A DNA stretch of 64,000 bases, taken from positions 1 through 64,000 of IMG/VR virus record IMGVR_UViG_3300025598_000023; one strand, written 5' to 3'. Origin of the DNA: a virus. Below, in pieces: positions 19,463-28,482 of this stretch (position 1 is the first letter of the stretch; the number at the start of each line of letters is the position of its first letter). The translations under genes and the position numbers were made by a program. The notes below the pieces were generated by a model that was not told the DNA's origin, searched no databases, and was given only the letters and a program-made list of their open reading frames with translations.

Positions 19463-20469
19463 TAATTAATTTTTACCAATTTAGTATCAAACACTTTTTG
19501 AGAATCAGGCATCTTGTCAGGATCAACTTTAAGTGTTCCGCTCGTATACATTAATCTAAGTGTAGAAAGAGCAGCTTTTAAACTTGTATCGTAGGTGTCA
19601 TTATTCTCTTTCTTCATTTTCAGCACATCTTCTGGTGTAATATCTTCTACTTTGTCATTATTCAAGTATACTTTAATAGCAGATACAGGGTCTTTAGTAT
19701 ACTCTTTGATTGCCTCACTTTGTGCTTCAATCCATGCACGTGCTAATTCTGGATTTTCTTTTGCCCACTTTGCTGTAGTATAGCTTATGTTTGCAAAACC
19801 AAAACTTTTTACGTTGTCAGGTTTAGATACGATATGCGCTTTTTTCATAGCAACAATAGTATTTTGAAGCGGTGAACCAAGAAAAGCACAAGCTAATTTT
19901 GGCGTATCTGCTGTCATAAGTTGAAATGCTTCTTCTCTTGTTAGAATAACAAGGTTGTTATTGAGTTTTTCGGTTTGATTAGCACCGACCTCTGCTGCCA
20001 AATACTGTCGTAACATAAGTTGTTCACCAGCATTTAACGATTTTACCATAATTTTATCGTTTGGTCCTATGTCAGTAATCTTTTTAATATTAGGATCAGC
20101 ACATACTAACCAAAAATCAAATGTCTCCCATCCAGAAAGCAATACTAACTTGCTTGGGTCTTTTTCTAAAATAGGTGAATAACCGTTAATACCACCAATA
20201 ACAATATCAAGACGCCCTAATAATAAACTATCATTGGCTGTTGAAGCATTGGTAACTTCATCTAAAACTACTTTTAAATCTTTAATTCCGTGCTTGGCAG
20301 CAAATTTTGGAAGAAGTTCAACAGTTTTATAAAGTAGCGGTTGAATAGTAGCAAGTTTACTTGTTTTGCTTATATGAATTTCTGTAGCAAAAACTCCGCA
20401 TGTGGTTGCAATTAATGTAAAAATTGTCAATAATGCAATTTTAGTATTAGAAATAAACCTGTTAATCAT
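19462..20469 (-). CDS. ABC transporter substrate-binding protein (NitT/TauT/NMT1-like)
   Basis: Signal-peptide-like N-terminus, ANDSLLLGRLD, KWAKENPELARA pattern. AAGGAG RBS places the start at ATG 20469. Confidence 0.85.
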   Translation of the reverse strand: MINRFISNTKIALLTIFTLIATTCGVFATEIHISKTSKLATIQPLLYKTVELLPKFAAKHGIKDLKVVLDEVTNASTANDSLLLGRLDIVIGGINGYSPILEKDPSKLVLLSGWETFDFWLVCADPNIKKITDIGPNDKIMVKSLNAGEQLMLRQYLAAEVGANQTEKLNNNLVILTREEAFQLMTADTPKLACAFLGSPLQNTIVAMKKAHIVSKPDNVKSFGFANISYTTAKWAKENPELARAWIEAQSEAIKEYTKDPVSAIKVYLNNDKVEDITPEDVLKMKKENNDTYDTSLKAALSTLRLMYTSGTLKVDPDKMPDSQKVFDTKLVKIN

Positions 20470-20502
20470 ATTTTTCTCCTTTCTTACGTTAACAGATAAC
20501 AC

Positions 20503-20527
20503 AAAAAACATCAATATAAATTGATGT
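20503..20527 (-). terminator. Intrinsic terminator/attenuator upstream of ABC operon
   Basis: On - strand ACATCAAT-TTAT-ATTGATGT followed by TTTTT; stem is AU-rich. Confidence 0.55.
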
Positions 20528-20552
20528 CACAATGTTAAATTTTAATATGAAA

Positions 20553-20673
20553 GGAGTTTGCAGTTAGTGGGTTGACTGCTACGGTCGGCGTTTAGTAAGG
20601 CTATACTTACTTTACAAGGCTTGCGCCTTTTGCGTCGATGTGGGTTCCGAGGTCACTGGTGTGGCCTTACTCC
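20553..20673 (-). ncRNA. Candidate riboswitch-like leader or small structured RNA
   Basis: GC-richer 121-nt block closed by GGAGT/ACTCC with 4-5 internal helices; starts 5 nt after TATAAATA. Strand uncertain because G.U pairs favour +. Confidence 0.6.
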
Positions 20674-20678
20674 AAAAT

Positions 20679-20686
20679 TATTTATA
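20679..20686 (-). promoter_or_regulatory. T4-type late promoter TATAAATA
   Basis: Exact T4 late consensus immediately upstream of the structured block and ABC operon. Confidence 0.6.
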
Positions 20687-20696
20687 ATTAAATTTC

Positions 20697-21278
20697 TTAC
20701 TCTATAAATTTACCACGCAATTCAAAAATTTCATCTAACCCAATTTGAAATCCAATTCTATTTTCAGTGAGTAAATCTACGCCGTGTATAATTCTACTAT
20801 TGAGAATACACCAAGTATTTAATGGAATATGAACACGGTCTATTTCTGTTAAAAGATTATAATCGTGAACTCTTGCTTTTTTTTCTCTAATAATTGGGTA
20901 ATTTTTTTCTTGATACCAAACTGTATATGGTTTTTCACCGCCAAGCCTAAGCAAATAAATTAAAACATAATCACGTGTTTTATCTGTATGTGCACCCTTG
21001 TGTTCCCCATCAGTAGTTTTTGTAATACTAACTGCATTGCATCCAGATACAACAATATTTTCATAAAACCAATTTTTAATATTTTCTGTTAATTTATACT
21101 GAACAAACGAAACATTTTGTTTTGATTTATTATCTACTACATCAATTTCGCTGGCTGTTTTCGGCCACCACCAACGGTCTTCACGTATATTATTAGCTGA
21201 TATTAATTTTAAACTTTCAGTAATAATTTCTTGTGGAACTTGTGGTAAATCAACAAACTTATAACACCATTGCTGCAT
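20697..21278 (-). CDS. Putative 2OG-Fe(II) oxygenase-like protein (paralog 1)
   Basis: GAHTD...IHGV...RIGFQ; same N-terminal W..KF..LP..P motif as the other two paralogs. Confidence 0.65.
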   Translation of the reverse strand: MQQWCYKFVDLPQVPQEIITESLKLISANNIREDRWWWPKTASEIDVVDNKSKQNVSFVQYKLTENIKNWFYENIVVSGCNAVSITKTTDGEHKGAHTDKTRDYVLIYLLRLGGEKPYTVWYQEKNYPIIREKKARVHDYNLLTEIDRVHIPLNTWCILNSRIIHGVDLLTENRIGFQIGLDEIFELRGKFIE

Positions 21279-21289
21279 TTAATAATCCC

Positions 21290-21931
21290 TTATATTGGTT
21301 TTGTTGAAATTACAATTTCTTGAGTGTAATGTTCATCATCAAACAATGCAAGTGGTATACGTTCTTGAATATCGGTCATTGATAAGTGTAAGTCGCTATA
21401 ATACTTATTATCAATTTCTTGAGTCCAAGATTCAAGAAGTCTATTTTTAAGTAAGTTTGTTTTAGCTTTGCCTATGCGTATTAATAAAACGCCATGTTGT
21501 GGGTCTTGTATTTCATGTCTTAGTGCATTTATATAAGCACGTTGTGCAAATCTAGTTAATCCATATGCTAGTCGATTAGGCAGTATATGATCACCATTAT
21601 GTGCACTACCAATAAAGATAACTTTACTCCACTTTTCTGCACGTTGTTTCAAATAACTGTGCGTAAATTTAATTTGTCCAATTAAATTAGTATACAAAAT
21701 AGTTTCAATATCATCCCATTTTTGTTCAAGATGTGGTCTGTCACCATGTGGATCAACCCCACAACTCAACACCAAATAATCATATTGACTTAAATCTGTA
21801 TTATAATCAGCAGTTCTTATATCAAATTCTTTTCTCCCAACTGCAGTTACTTCTATATCAATATTATTCATCAATTCTGCAATGGCAGCACCAACGCCTG
21901 TTGTTCCACCAATAATTAAAGCCTTACGCAC
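21290..21931 (-). CDS. Short-chain dehydrogenase/reductase
   Basis: ALIIGGTTGVG Rossmann motif, TNLIG, VIFIGS; catalytic motif is YGLTR (YxxxR variant). Confidence 0.8.
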   Translation of the reverse strand: MRKALIIGGTTGVGAAIAELMNNIDIEVTAVGRKEFDIRTADYNTDLSQYDYLVLSCGVDPHGDRPHLEQKWDDIETILYTNLIGQIKFTHSYLKQRAEKWSKVIFIGSAHNGDHILPNRLAYGLTRFAQRAYINALRHEIQDPQHGVLLIRIGKAKTNLLKNRLLESWTQEIDNKYYSDLHLSMTDIQERIPLALFDDEHYTQEIVISTKPI

Positions 21932-22439
21932 AAGAAATCCTCACAAATTCACTATTTAATTTCCAAAAACGATCATATTCCATAATAGCCCAACGAACAT
22001 CTTTATATTGATATAACATATGATATTCTACAAATAACGGCATATCATAATAAGAATCAAATTCTACTGCAACAAATTTGCCTTTTCGATTAAACTTCAT
22101 AATAAGAATGTTAAAGTCATTATCATCTGCTACTTCTAGAAGTTGGTCTAACCATACATTAAGTTGTTTACATTCGCCATTAAACAACTGATGGAAGGGA
22201 AAATCAGCATAGCTTTTACATTCGCAATTAAACTTAGGGAAACTTTGACCAGGTATAATATCGCCTTTGAAACTACGAATTTGACCTTCGTGTAGAACTT
22301 CTTTGCGTTTTGTATTGGCACCGCCAATATACGCACCACTGTTTGGTACGCGTATAAATGTTTCACCATATAGTTCTGTTAAATGCTTGGCAACATCACG
22401 TTCCCAACTGTTGCCTTTGTTTTTACTTTTACTTGTCAT
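21924..22439 (-). CDS. Holliday junction resolvase-like PD-(D/E)xK nuclease
   Basis: SKNKGNSWER...GDII...ECK pattern of Hjc-like phage resolvases; follows gp46. Confidence 0.8.
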   Translation of the reverse strand: MTSKSKNKGNSWERDVAKHLTELYGETFIRVPNSGAYIGGANTKRKEVLHEGQIRSFKGDIIPGQSFPKFNCECKSYADFPFHQLFNGECKQLNVWLDQLLEVADDNDFNILIMKFNRKGKFVAVEFDSYYDMPLFVEYHMLYQYKDVRWAIMEYDRFWKLNSEFVRISCA

Positions 22440-24208
22440 ACTGTAGTTATATCGCTTCCATAACTAGTAAAACCATTTTCTTTAGTAACGGTTAAAATAT
22501 TATTAACACGACCACTTAGTTCTTCACGATGACTAACCAAGAAAATACTCTTACCACGTTCACGGTTCATACGTTTTAGGATTGCCAGGGAGTTTTCAAC
22601 TCCACTGGCATCCATACCACTATCAATAAGTTCATCGATAAACAGGAGATTTATGTGTTGATAGAGGTTTTCCCAAACATCACGGAAAGCCCAACTTAAT
22701 GATAGTATTAAACGATTACGTTCGCCACGAGATAAGTTATCAAAGTCAAGGTCACGACCAAGTTCTGTGATTTCTGTAGACAAATCATTTAAGAACTTAA
22801 CTTCATGTGGCAGTCCAATAGCACTCAAGTAAGCACCAAGGCGACTGTTTAGATATGCCAGGTTCTGGTCAATAATCTTCTTGCGCACAAAACTATCTTT
22901 GCTTGTCAACATTTTTAACAAAAATTCTTGGTGTTCTTGTAGTTGTGTAAGAGCATTAATAGTATCCCAACTTACTTCAACAAGTGCAGTTGATTCCATA
23001 TCAGAAATTTGTTCTGCATAAGGATCATGTTCATTATTTTTTTGTTCTAAAGTTGCTGCCAAATTATCAAGTGTATTTCGATGTTCTAATGCTTGTTCAA
23101 GCGTATCATAGATTACAGTAGGCGCATCACCTATTTCACCAATTTCTTGCAATGTGTTATAATGATCTTCTTTTTGACTTTCATTTGCAAGAAATTGCAG
23201 TGAACTTTCACATAGTGTAGCTTCTTTTGCTTGCAAAATTGTTTCTTGATTATCATCGTGAAGTTGTGAGCCACATGCATAACACTTGTGATTTTTAAGG
23301 TCTTCTATTTCTTTTTTAAGTTTTGCTTGTGTTTTTTCTTCTTTAGAATTAGCGGCATCAATAGATGCAATCCAACGTTTAGCTTGGTCACGGCGTTTTA
23401 CTGCATCATGATATAGTGCAAGCGCACGGTGATTAGCAATTTCTTGTTCAATATCAATTTCTACAAGCTGTTGTAGATGTTTTTCTAACGTGCGCATATC
23501 TTCTTCACGCTTTACATACCACAGCTTTTGACGTTTTTTTAATGCTTCAATTTGTTGTGCAATGCGTTCATTAGCATCTTGTTGCGCTTTTATACGAATT
23601 TTTTCTTCTTGAATGGCATCTTTTGTGCCTTTGATTTGTGCTTTTAATTGTTCAGCCTTTTCACTTAAGATAGTAACACCTAATAATTGTTCAATTATTT
23701 GACGCTGATCATTGGCTCGCATGCTTAAAAAAGGCTCTGTATATGTGTTTAATGCCACAACATGCTTAAACATATCATGTGACATACCAAGTAGCCGTTC
23801 AATATCACTTTGTGTTTCACGGCTATCACCTTGGCTATCATCTACATAACCTGTTTGTTCTTCACCATTGATATAAAGTTTAGTAATATTTGGTTTACGA
23901 CCACGTTCAATACGATATTCTACGCCATTTACTTCAAAATCAATAGTAACAATCATGTTCTTACCATTGGTTTTGTTGATTAAATTATCTTTTTTGATAT
24001 TAGTGAGGGCTTGACCGTAGAGACCATAACTCAATGCGTTGATGATTGTTGTTTTACCTGTGCCATTTCTAGCACCTGTGTCATCACCCCCTAAATCTAA
24101 GTTTTCACCTAACACAAGAGTTAGGTCACTACGGTCAAAATGCACAGCTTGGGTCGCATTACCCACGCTCATAAAGTTTTTAGCAGTAAGGCTACGAATT
24201 TTTAACAT
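22436..24208 (-). CDS. gp46: Recombination nuclease ATPase subunit (gp46/SbcC/Rad50)
   Basis: KNFMSVG, NGTGKT, CYAC zinc hook, LSRGE, FIDELID, VSH. Confidence 0.95.
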   Translation of the reverse strand: MLKIRSLTAKNFMSVGNATQAVHFDRSDLTLVLGENLDLGGDDTGARNGTGKTTIINALSYGLYGQALTNIKKDNLINKTNGKNMIVTIDFEVNGVEYRIERGRKPNITKLYINGEEQTGYVDDSQGDSRETQSDIERLLGMSHDMFKHVVALNTYTEPFLSMRANDQRQIIEQLLGVTILSEKAEQLKAQIKGTKDAIQEEKIRIKAQQDANERIAQQIEALKKRQKLWYVKREEDMRTLEKHLQQLVEIDIEQEIANHRALALYHDAVKRRDQAKRWIASIDAANSKEEKTQAKLKKEIEDLKNHKCYACGSQLHDDNQETILQAKEATLCESSLQFLANESQKEDHYNTLQEIGEIGDAPTVIYDTLEQALEHRNTLDNLAATLEQKNNEHDPYAEQISDMESTALVEVSWDTINALTQLQEHQEFLLKMLTSKDSFVRKKIIDQNLAYLNSRLGAYLSAIGLPHEVKFLNDLSTEITELGRDLDFDNLSRGERNRLILSLSWAFRDVWENLYQHINLLFIDELIDSGMDASGVENSLAILKRMNRERGKSIFLVSHREELSGRVNNILTVTKENGFTSYGSDITTV

Positions 24209-24214
24209 TGTTTT

Positions 24215-24243
24215 ATTATACCACGATTAAAGGTTGTTGTAAA
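24215..24243 (-). promoter_or_regulatory. Sigma70-like promoter, leaderless gp46 transcript
   Basis: TTTACA-17-TATAAT with extended TG; 6 nt to ATG; no SD. Confidence 0.7.
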
Positions 24244-25240
24244 TTTCCATTAACAACTTAGTATCATAATGTTGCGTATCTAAGTTTTGGATTTGACTTA
24301 GCACAATTTGGTCCACACTTTCAAACTTTACATCACCAATTGTGTTTTCTGTTAGCACTTCACCACGATTTTGAATCAAACTTAATTCACGAACATTATA
24401 CGTTTTAACCATTTCTTCTTTAATAAAGGTAGCTTCTTCATAAGAAATACCAATATCAATGTTTACTCGTGCATAAGTTTTATCGCTCAAATGCACATCT
24501 GGTTCATCAAGTAGTTGTGATAGTGTAAGAATACGATATCGTGGACCTTCATTCCAGTCATGATAAACAGGGTCTTCACCCCATTCTAATATCATCGCCC
24601 CACGAGTGTCGTCCCAAGCATCAGCATAATTATGAGGAAAAGCATTACCAATGTAGTGTACATTTCCCCGTTGCTGGCGTTTATGAAAATGCCCCGTAAA
24701 AACCGTTCCAACATTGCCGAAATCATCGCTTTTTAATCCCCCATGGTCTGGCATTTCTACCATTGCGTTCATCATGAACTGTGGTAGTTCAAAATGTCCC
24801 ATCACATATCGTGATTTGATTTTGTTCATATTCTTATGTTCTTCACCAATCAACCATGGCACAAAAGTTACATCACCTTCGGTATGTTGGTCCATAATCA
24901 ATTCAATATTCTTGAATTTCTCAATATAACGAATACTTGTTATAGTTCGTCTGTCTTTGTGATAAAGATCATGGTTACCAGGAATAAAAAGTACACGTGT
25001 GCCAAGATTATTAAGGCGTTCAAGAATCCGTATTGAATGGTCCATAGTATTAATATTAAGACTATTGCGGGTGTCATGAAAATCTCCCAGAAATAAGATT
25101 GTGTCACATTCTTGGGTTTTAACTAAATCTAAAAACCAATCAATATAACGATCACAGTCGTTTAAGAACAATTGGCTATTTTGCTTATAACCAAGGTGAA
25201 GATCGGTAAAAACCGCTGCTTTTTTGAACAAGTTTGACAT
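24227..25240 (-). CDS. gp47: Recombination nuclease subunit (gp47/SbcD/Mre11)
   Basis: DLHLG, GDFHD, GNHD, GHFH metallophosphoesterase motifs. Confidence 0.95.
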   Translation of the reverse strand: MSNLFKKAAVFTDLHLGYKQNSQLFLNDCDRYIDWFLDLVKTQECDTILFLGDFHDTRNSLNINTMDHSIRILERLNNLGTRVLFIPGNHDLYHKDRRTITSIRYIEKFKNIELIMDQHTEGDVTFVPWLIGEEHKNMNKIKSRYVMGHFELPQFMMNAMVEMPDHGGLKSDDFGNVGTVFTGHFHKRQQRGNVHYIGNAFPHNYADAWDDTRGAMILEWGEDPVYHDWNEGPRYRILTLSQLLDEPDVHLSDKTYARVNIDIGISYEEATFIKEEMVKTYNVRELSLIQNRGEVLTENTIGDVKFESVDQIVLSQIQNLDTQHYDTKLLMEIYNNL

Positions 25241-25246
25241 GTTACT

Positions 25247-25275
25247 AATATAACAAGTTATCTATTGGTTGTCAA
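25247..25275 (-). promoter_or_regulatory. Sigma70-like promoter, leaderless gp47 transcript
   Basis: TTGACA-17-TATATT with extended TG; 6 nt to ATG. Confidence 0.7.
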
Positions 25276-26225
25276 TAACTTTTAATTCCACAGTGTTTGG
25301 CACAAACCCGTAACTTTGGTTCTTTTTCTATAGTATTATAAAAACTATCAAAATATTGCAAAATTTCACTTAATGTATGGTGTTGCAAACTATTATTTGT
25401 ATAGTCATTTTGCAAGATTTGTTTCTTCCATATAGATAAATCAAAATAATTTTTTGTTTTTGCAGCAAATACTCCAGTCATACAACATGGAAAAACTTCA
25501 CCGTCCCAATTTATAAAAATTTCTTTTTTTTCTAAACTCTGACATATAACACTTTTATTAACTATATTTTTTATTATATGATTTCTTTCAGTATCTTTTG
25601 TTATACTTTTATCACTGTTATAATTTCGTGTAAATTCATTTTCAACTGTTCTATCGCTATAGATAGTAAAAAAACGTTTAAACCCAAGTTTTTGTGATAA
25701 ATTTCTTGCTTGTTCTATTTGGTGTTCATTGTGTTTAAAAATAATATATTGCCAACGAGCATTGCCGCCATTTTCTATAAAAATTTTAGCATTATTAATA
25801 ATCTTATTAAAATCTGTATTAACTCTATATATCGAATGAGTATCTTCTAAACCATCAATAGCAAATGTAACTTTAGAACCCGTTGGCAAATTAAGTGCTA
25901 ACCATTTCCAAAAATTTTTATTGCGTAAGCTACCGTTTGTATGAATTGAAATTTTAGCAGATGCGCAATTTTCTTTTATCCATTCTATAATATCTATAAA
26001 ATGTTTAGATATGAGCGGATCACTAAAAGTGCCTTTAAAAATTATATGTTTTAAATTACTGTAAATTTCTTGTGGTAACCACGTTTGTAAGTTATCTACA
26101 GTAATTTCTCTTTTATGATTTAATTCGGATAAAAAATCTGAGTTTGTTCGTGGACATTGTGGACAAGCTGCATTACATCGACTTGTTAATTCCAATTCAA
26201 TTGATTCAATGTCACTAACATTCAT
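25272..26225 (-). CDS. Radical SAM protein with SPASM/twitch-type Cys cluster
   Basis: CNAACPQC, TNGS, FAIDG; C-terminal C..GEVFPCC..CAKHC. Confidence 0.9.
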   Translation of the reverse strand: MNVSDIESIELELTSRCNAACPQCPRTNSDFLSELNHKREITVDNLQTWLPQEIYSNLKHIIFKGTFSDPLISKHFIDIIEWIKENCASAKISIHTNGSLRNKNFWKWLALNLPTGSKVTFAIDGLEDTHSIYRVNTDFNKIINNAKIFIENGGNARWQYIIFKHNEHQIEQARNLSQKLGFKRFFTIYSDRTVENEFTRNYNSDKSITKDTERNHIIKNIVNKSVICQSLEKKEIFINWDGEVFPCCMTGVFAAKTKNYFDLSIWKKQILQNDYTNNSLQHHTLSEILQYFDSFYNTIEKEPKLRVCAKHCGIKSY

Positions 26226-27052
26226 TCATTAAAACCAAAATCACCGCCGCCGCCACCTCTTATGGCATTGTCTGTTTGGCGGGTATAACTTGGGTTGAGT
26301 CCATTGGCTTCAAGGATATCGTCACGAAGGTGTTGGTTCCGCTTCTCAACGTTAAGAACTCTAGTAAAACTATTGGTGATAGTAGCAGTATAATAAGCAA
26401 AAGGATTATTAGATTTGCTTTCATCAAATTGTAGCCCTACCTGTGATAACTGTAGCAATGCCTGAGAACGCATCTCATCATTGTATGTATAACCACGCCA
26501 GTTACCTTTTGAACCATAACGTTCACATAGTTTCATAAACATACGAGCAAGATTAGGTGTCATCTTGCCATGGTCACGATTAAACCAACCATTTTCAATA
26601 CCGCCTTCCCAATGGCTCTTGGCTACACACATTAATTCATCATTTTCATTGAATCTAAAATGTTGAAATGGTGGAAAGTTTACTTTTACATGATGGTCGG
26701 CAGTTGTTTTAAGACTTTTCTTACGACCTGGTGCTAACGGAATGTGATCCCATGTTGTGATTCTAAAAACCAAATCGGTTTTTGAAATACTGTGCCAATC
26801 TACTGCATGTTGGTCTAATTTTGTTTTTACGCCGCTTGATTGTGCAGCCTCCCATGCTTGTTTAGCTAATCTATCAGCACGTGCACGTTTTGCTTCTGCA
26901 ATTGTTTTTTGATTAATTTTACTAACACTAGGCAATATTAAATCATAAACTTGATCTTCTGGCGTTAGGAATGTGCAAAATGTATTTTTACTTTTTGCTA
27001 TCTCTTTTAATAAATCTTTGTTGGTTAAGTATGGTGTGCGTTTTGTTGTCAT
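26222..27052 (-). CDS. gp55: Late-transcription sigma factor (gp55-like)
   Basis: YLTNKDLL, NWRGYTYNDEM, FDESKSNNPFAYYT motifs; gp55-gp47-gp46 synteny as in T4. Confidence 0.88.
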   Translation of the reverse strand: MTTKRTPYLTNKDLLKEIAKSKNTFCTFLTPEDQVYDLILPSVSKINQKTIAEAKRARADRLAKQAWEAAQSSGVKTKLDQHAVDWHSISKTDLVFRITTWDHIPLAPGRKKSLKTTADHHVKVNFPPFQHFRFNENDELMCVAKSHWEGGIENGWFNRDHGKMTPNLARMFMKLCERYGSKGNWRGYTYNDEMRSQALLQLSQVGLQFDESKSNNPFAYYTATITNSFTRVLNVEKRNQHLRDDILEANGLNPSYTRQTDNAIRGGGGGDFGFNE

Positions 27053-27106
27053 GGTTACTATTATATATGGTTATTTTAACAAAATAAATATTTAATTGAG
27101 ATAGCT

Positions 27107-28165
27107 ATGGCATTATTTAATTTAACACCAAACCAATATTATAGTAGAACACCAAATACCAATCAAGCTACAACACCGTTTGATTTGATTCAACGTGATG
27201 TAGTTAATTTTGGTTATGGTAATCCTACTTCTATTGCTTCTTTTAACGGATATAATAGCAGAAGTAGTGCTTATACTTTACCTGGCACTAGTGGATATAA
27301 ATTGCCAGCACAAAATTACTACAACTATGGTGTAAACAATCCTGGTGGATTTGGTGTTCAAACTTTAAAAAACAGTTTAGTTAATACTGCAATTAATAGT
27401 GCTCTACAAGGTTTAGTTTATGGTCTAACTGGTGGACCATCTAATGATCCTACAAATGGTCGTTTGAGTGGCACAGGTGTAGCACAAGGCGGAACACAGC
27501 AAGATTTGCTACAACCAGTAAATGACAGCAGTAGAACAGCTTGGCAAGATGATACCGAAGATCGTGTAATTATAAGTGACCAAACAGGCAGATTTATTGG
27601 GCAAAGTCCGCTATTTGAACCACTTAACCAAACAGGCGGCGTATTATTTCCATATACACCCGTAATTCAAGTTGCACACAAAGCAAGTTATGACATGATG
27701 AATTTGGTTCATACAAACTATACAACACCAGCTTATCAACACAGTTCTGTTGACAGTATATCAATACAAGCACAATTCACGGCAAATTATGCTGCTGAAG
27801 CTGAGTATGTAATTGCAATGTTACACTTCTTTAGAACAGTAACCAAAATGTTTTATGGTCAGGATCAATTAGCTGGCACACCACCACCTGTCTTGTTCCT
27901 AGATGGATATGGACCATACACATTTGACCATATACCTATTGTCATCACAAATTTTGATTATTCATTGCCTAATGATGTTGATTACATAAGTTGCACTATT
28001 AAGGGTAGTTCTACTACTGATAAACAAAAAGTTCCTACAAGTTTAAATGTTAATATAAGTGCTGTGCCTACATACAGCCGCAACAAGATTAGCAATCAAT
28101 TTGGATTGGAAAAATTCTCAACTGGATCACTTCTTTCTAATGGCAGTAGCGGAGGATGGATTTAA
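27107..28165 (+). CDS. Baseplate/tail tube-initiator-like protein
   Basis: FPYTP, GTPPPVLFLDGYG, IVITNFDYSLP motifs; precedes the gp53-like gene. Confidence 0.6.
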   Translation: MALFNLTPNQYYSRTPNTNQATTPFDLIQRDVVNFGYGNPTSIASFNGYNSRSSAYTLPGTSGYKLPAQNYYNYGVNNPGGFGVQTLKNSLVNTAINSALQGLVYGLTGGPSNDPTNGRLSGTGVAQGGTQQDLLQPVNDSSRTAWQDDTEDRVIISDQTGRFIGQSPLFEPLNQTGGVLFPYTPVIQVAHKASYDMMNLVHTNYTTPAYQHSSVDSISIQAQFTANYAAEAEYVIAMLHFFRTVTKMFYGQDQLAGTPPPVLFLDGYGPYTFDHIPIVITNFDYSLPNDVDYISCTIKGSSTTDKQKVPTSLNVNISAVPTYSRNKISNQFGLEKFSTGSLLSNGSSGGWI

Positions 28166-28482
28166 TGGCATTTAATCCTGCAAATTATTCTACGGCGAGT
28201 TTTTATTATAGCACACCAAGTTTTGATAATGGTCAATTTTTAGATTTATGGAACAGTCGTGCTATTCCAAAGTTAGCAAATGATGTGGTCTTTACCATAC
28301 CGCCACAGTATGAATATCGTCCAGACTTATTAGCTTTTGACTTATATGGCAATCCTGCGCTTTGGTGGGTATTTGCTGTTCGTAACCCTAATACGCTAAT
28401 TGATCCACTATGGGATTTTACTGCTGATACTGTAATATATTTGCCAACTAAAAGCACATTACAAAGTTCATTAGGTACATAA
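28165..28482 (+). CDS. gp53: Baseplate wedge protein gp53-like (LysM-type)
   Basis: YRPDLLAFDLYGNPALWWVF motif; start at ATG overlapping the previous TAA. Confidence 0.8.
   Translation: MAFNPANYSTASFYYSTPSFDNGQFLDLWNSRAIPKLANDVVFTIPPQYEYRPDLLAFDLYGNPALWWVFAVRNPNTLIDPLWDFTADTVIYLPTKSTLQSSLGT

Noticed and set aside
20625-20640. GACGCAAA similarity to c-di-GMP-I riboswitch
   Set aside because: The other conserved elements are absent or in the wrong order.
20640-20665. GGGTTCCG..CTGGT similarity to ykkC/guanidine-I riboswitch and to a tRNA T-arm
   Set aside because: Wrong strand for the operon, the 3' conserved stem is missing, and no cloverleaf forms.
15809-21931. Lasso peptide/RiPP cluster reading of the island
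   Set aside because: No precursor peptide, RRE or peptidase found, and the transporter is an importer type with an SBP.
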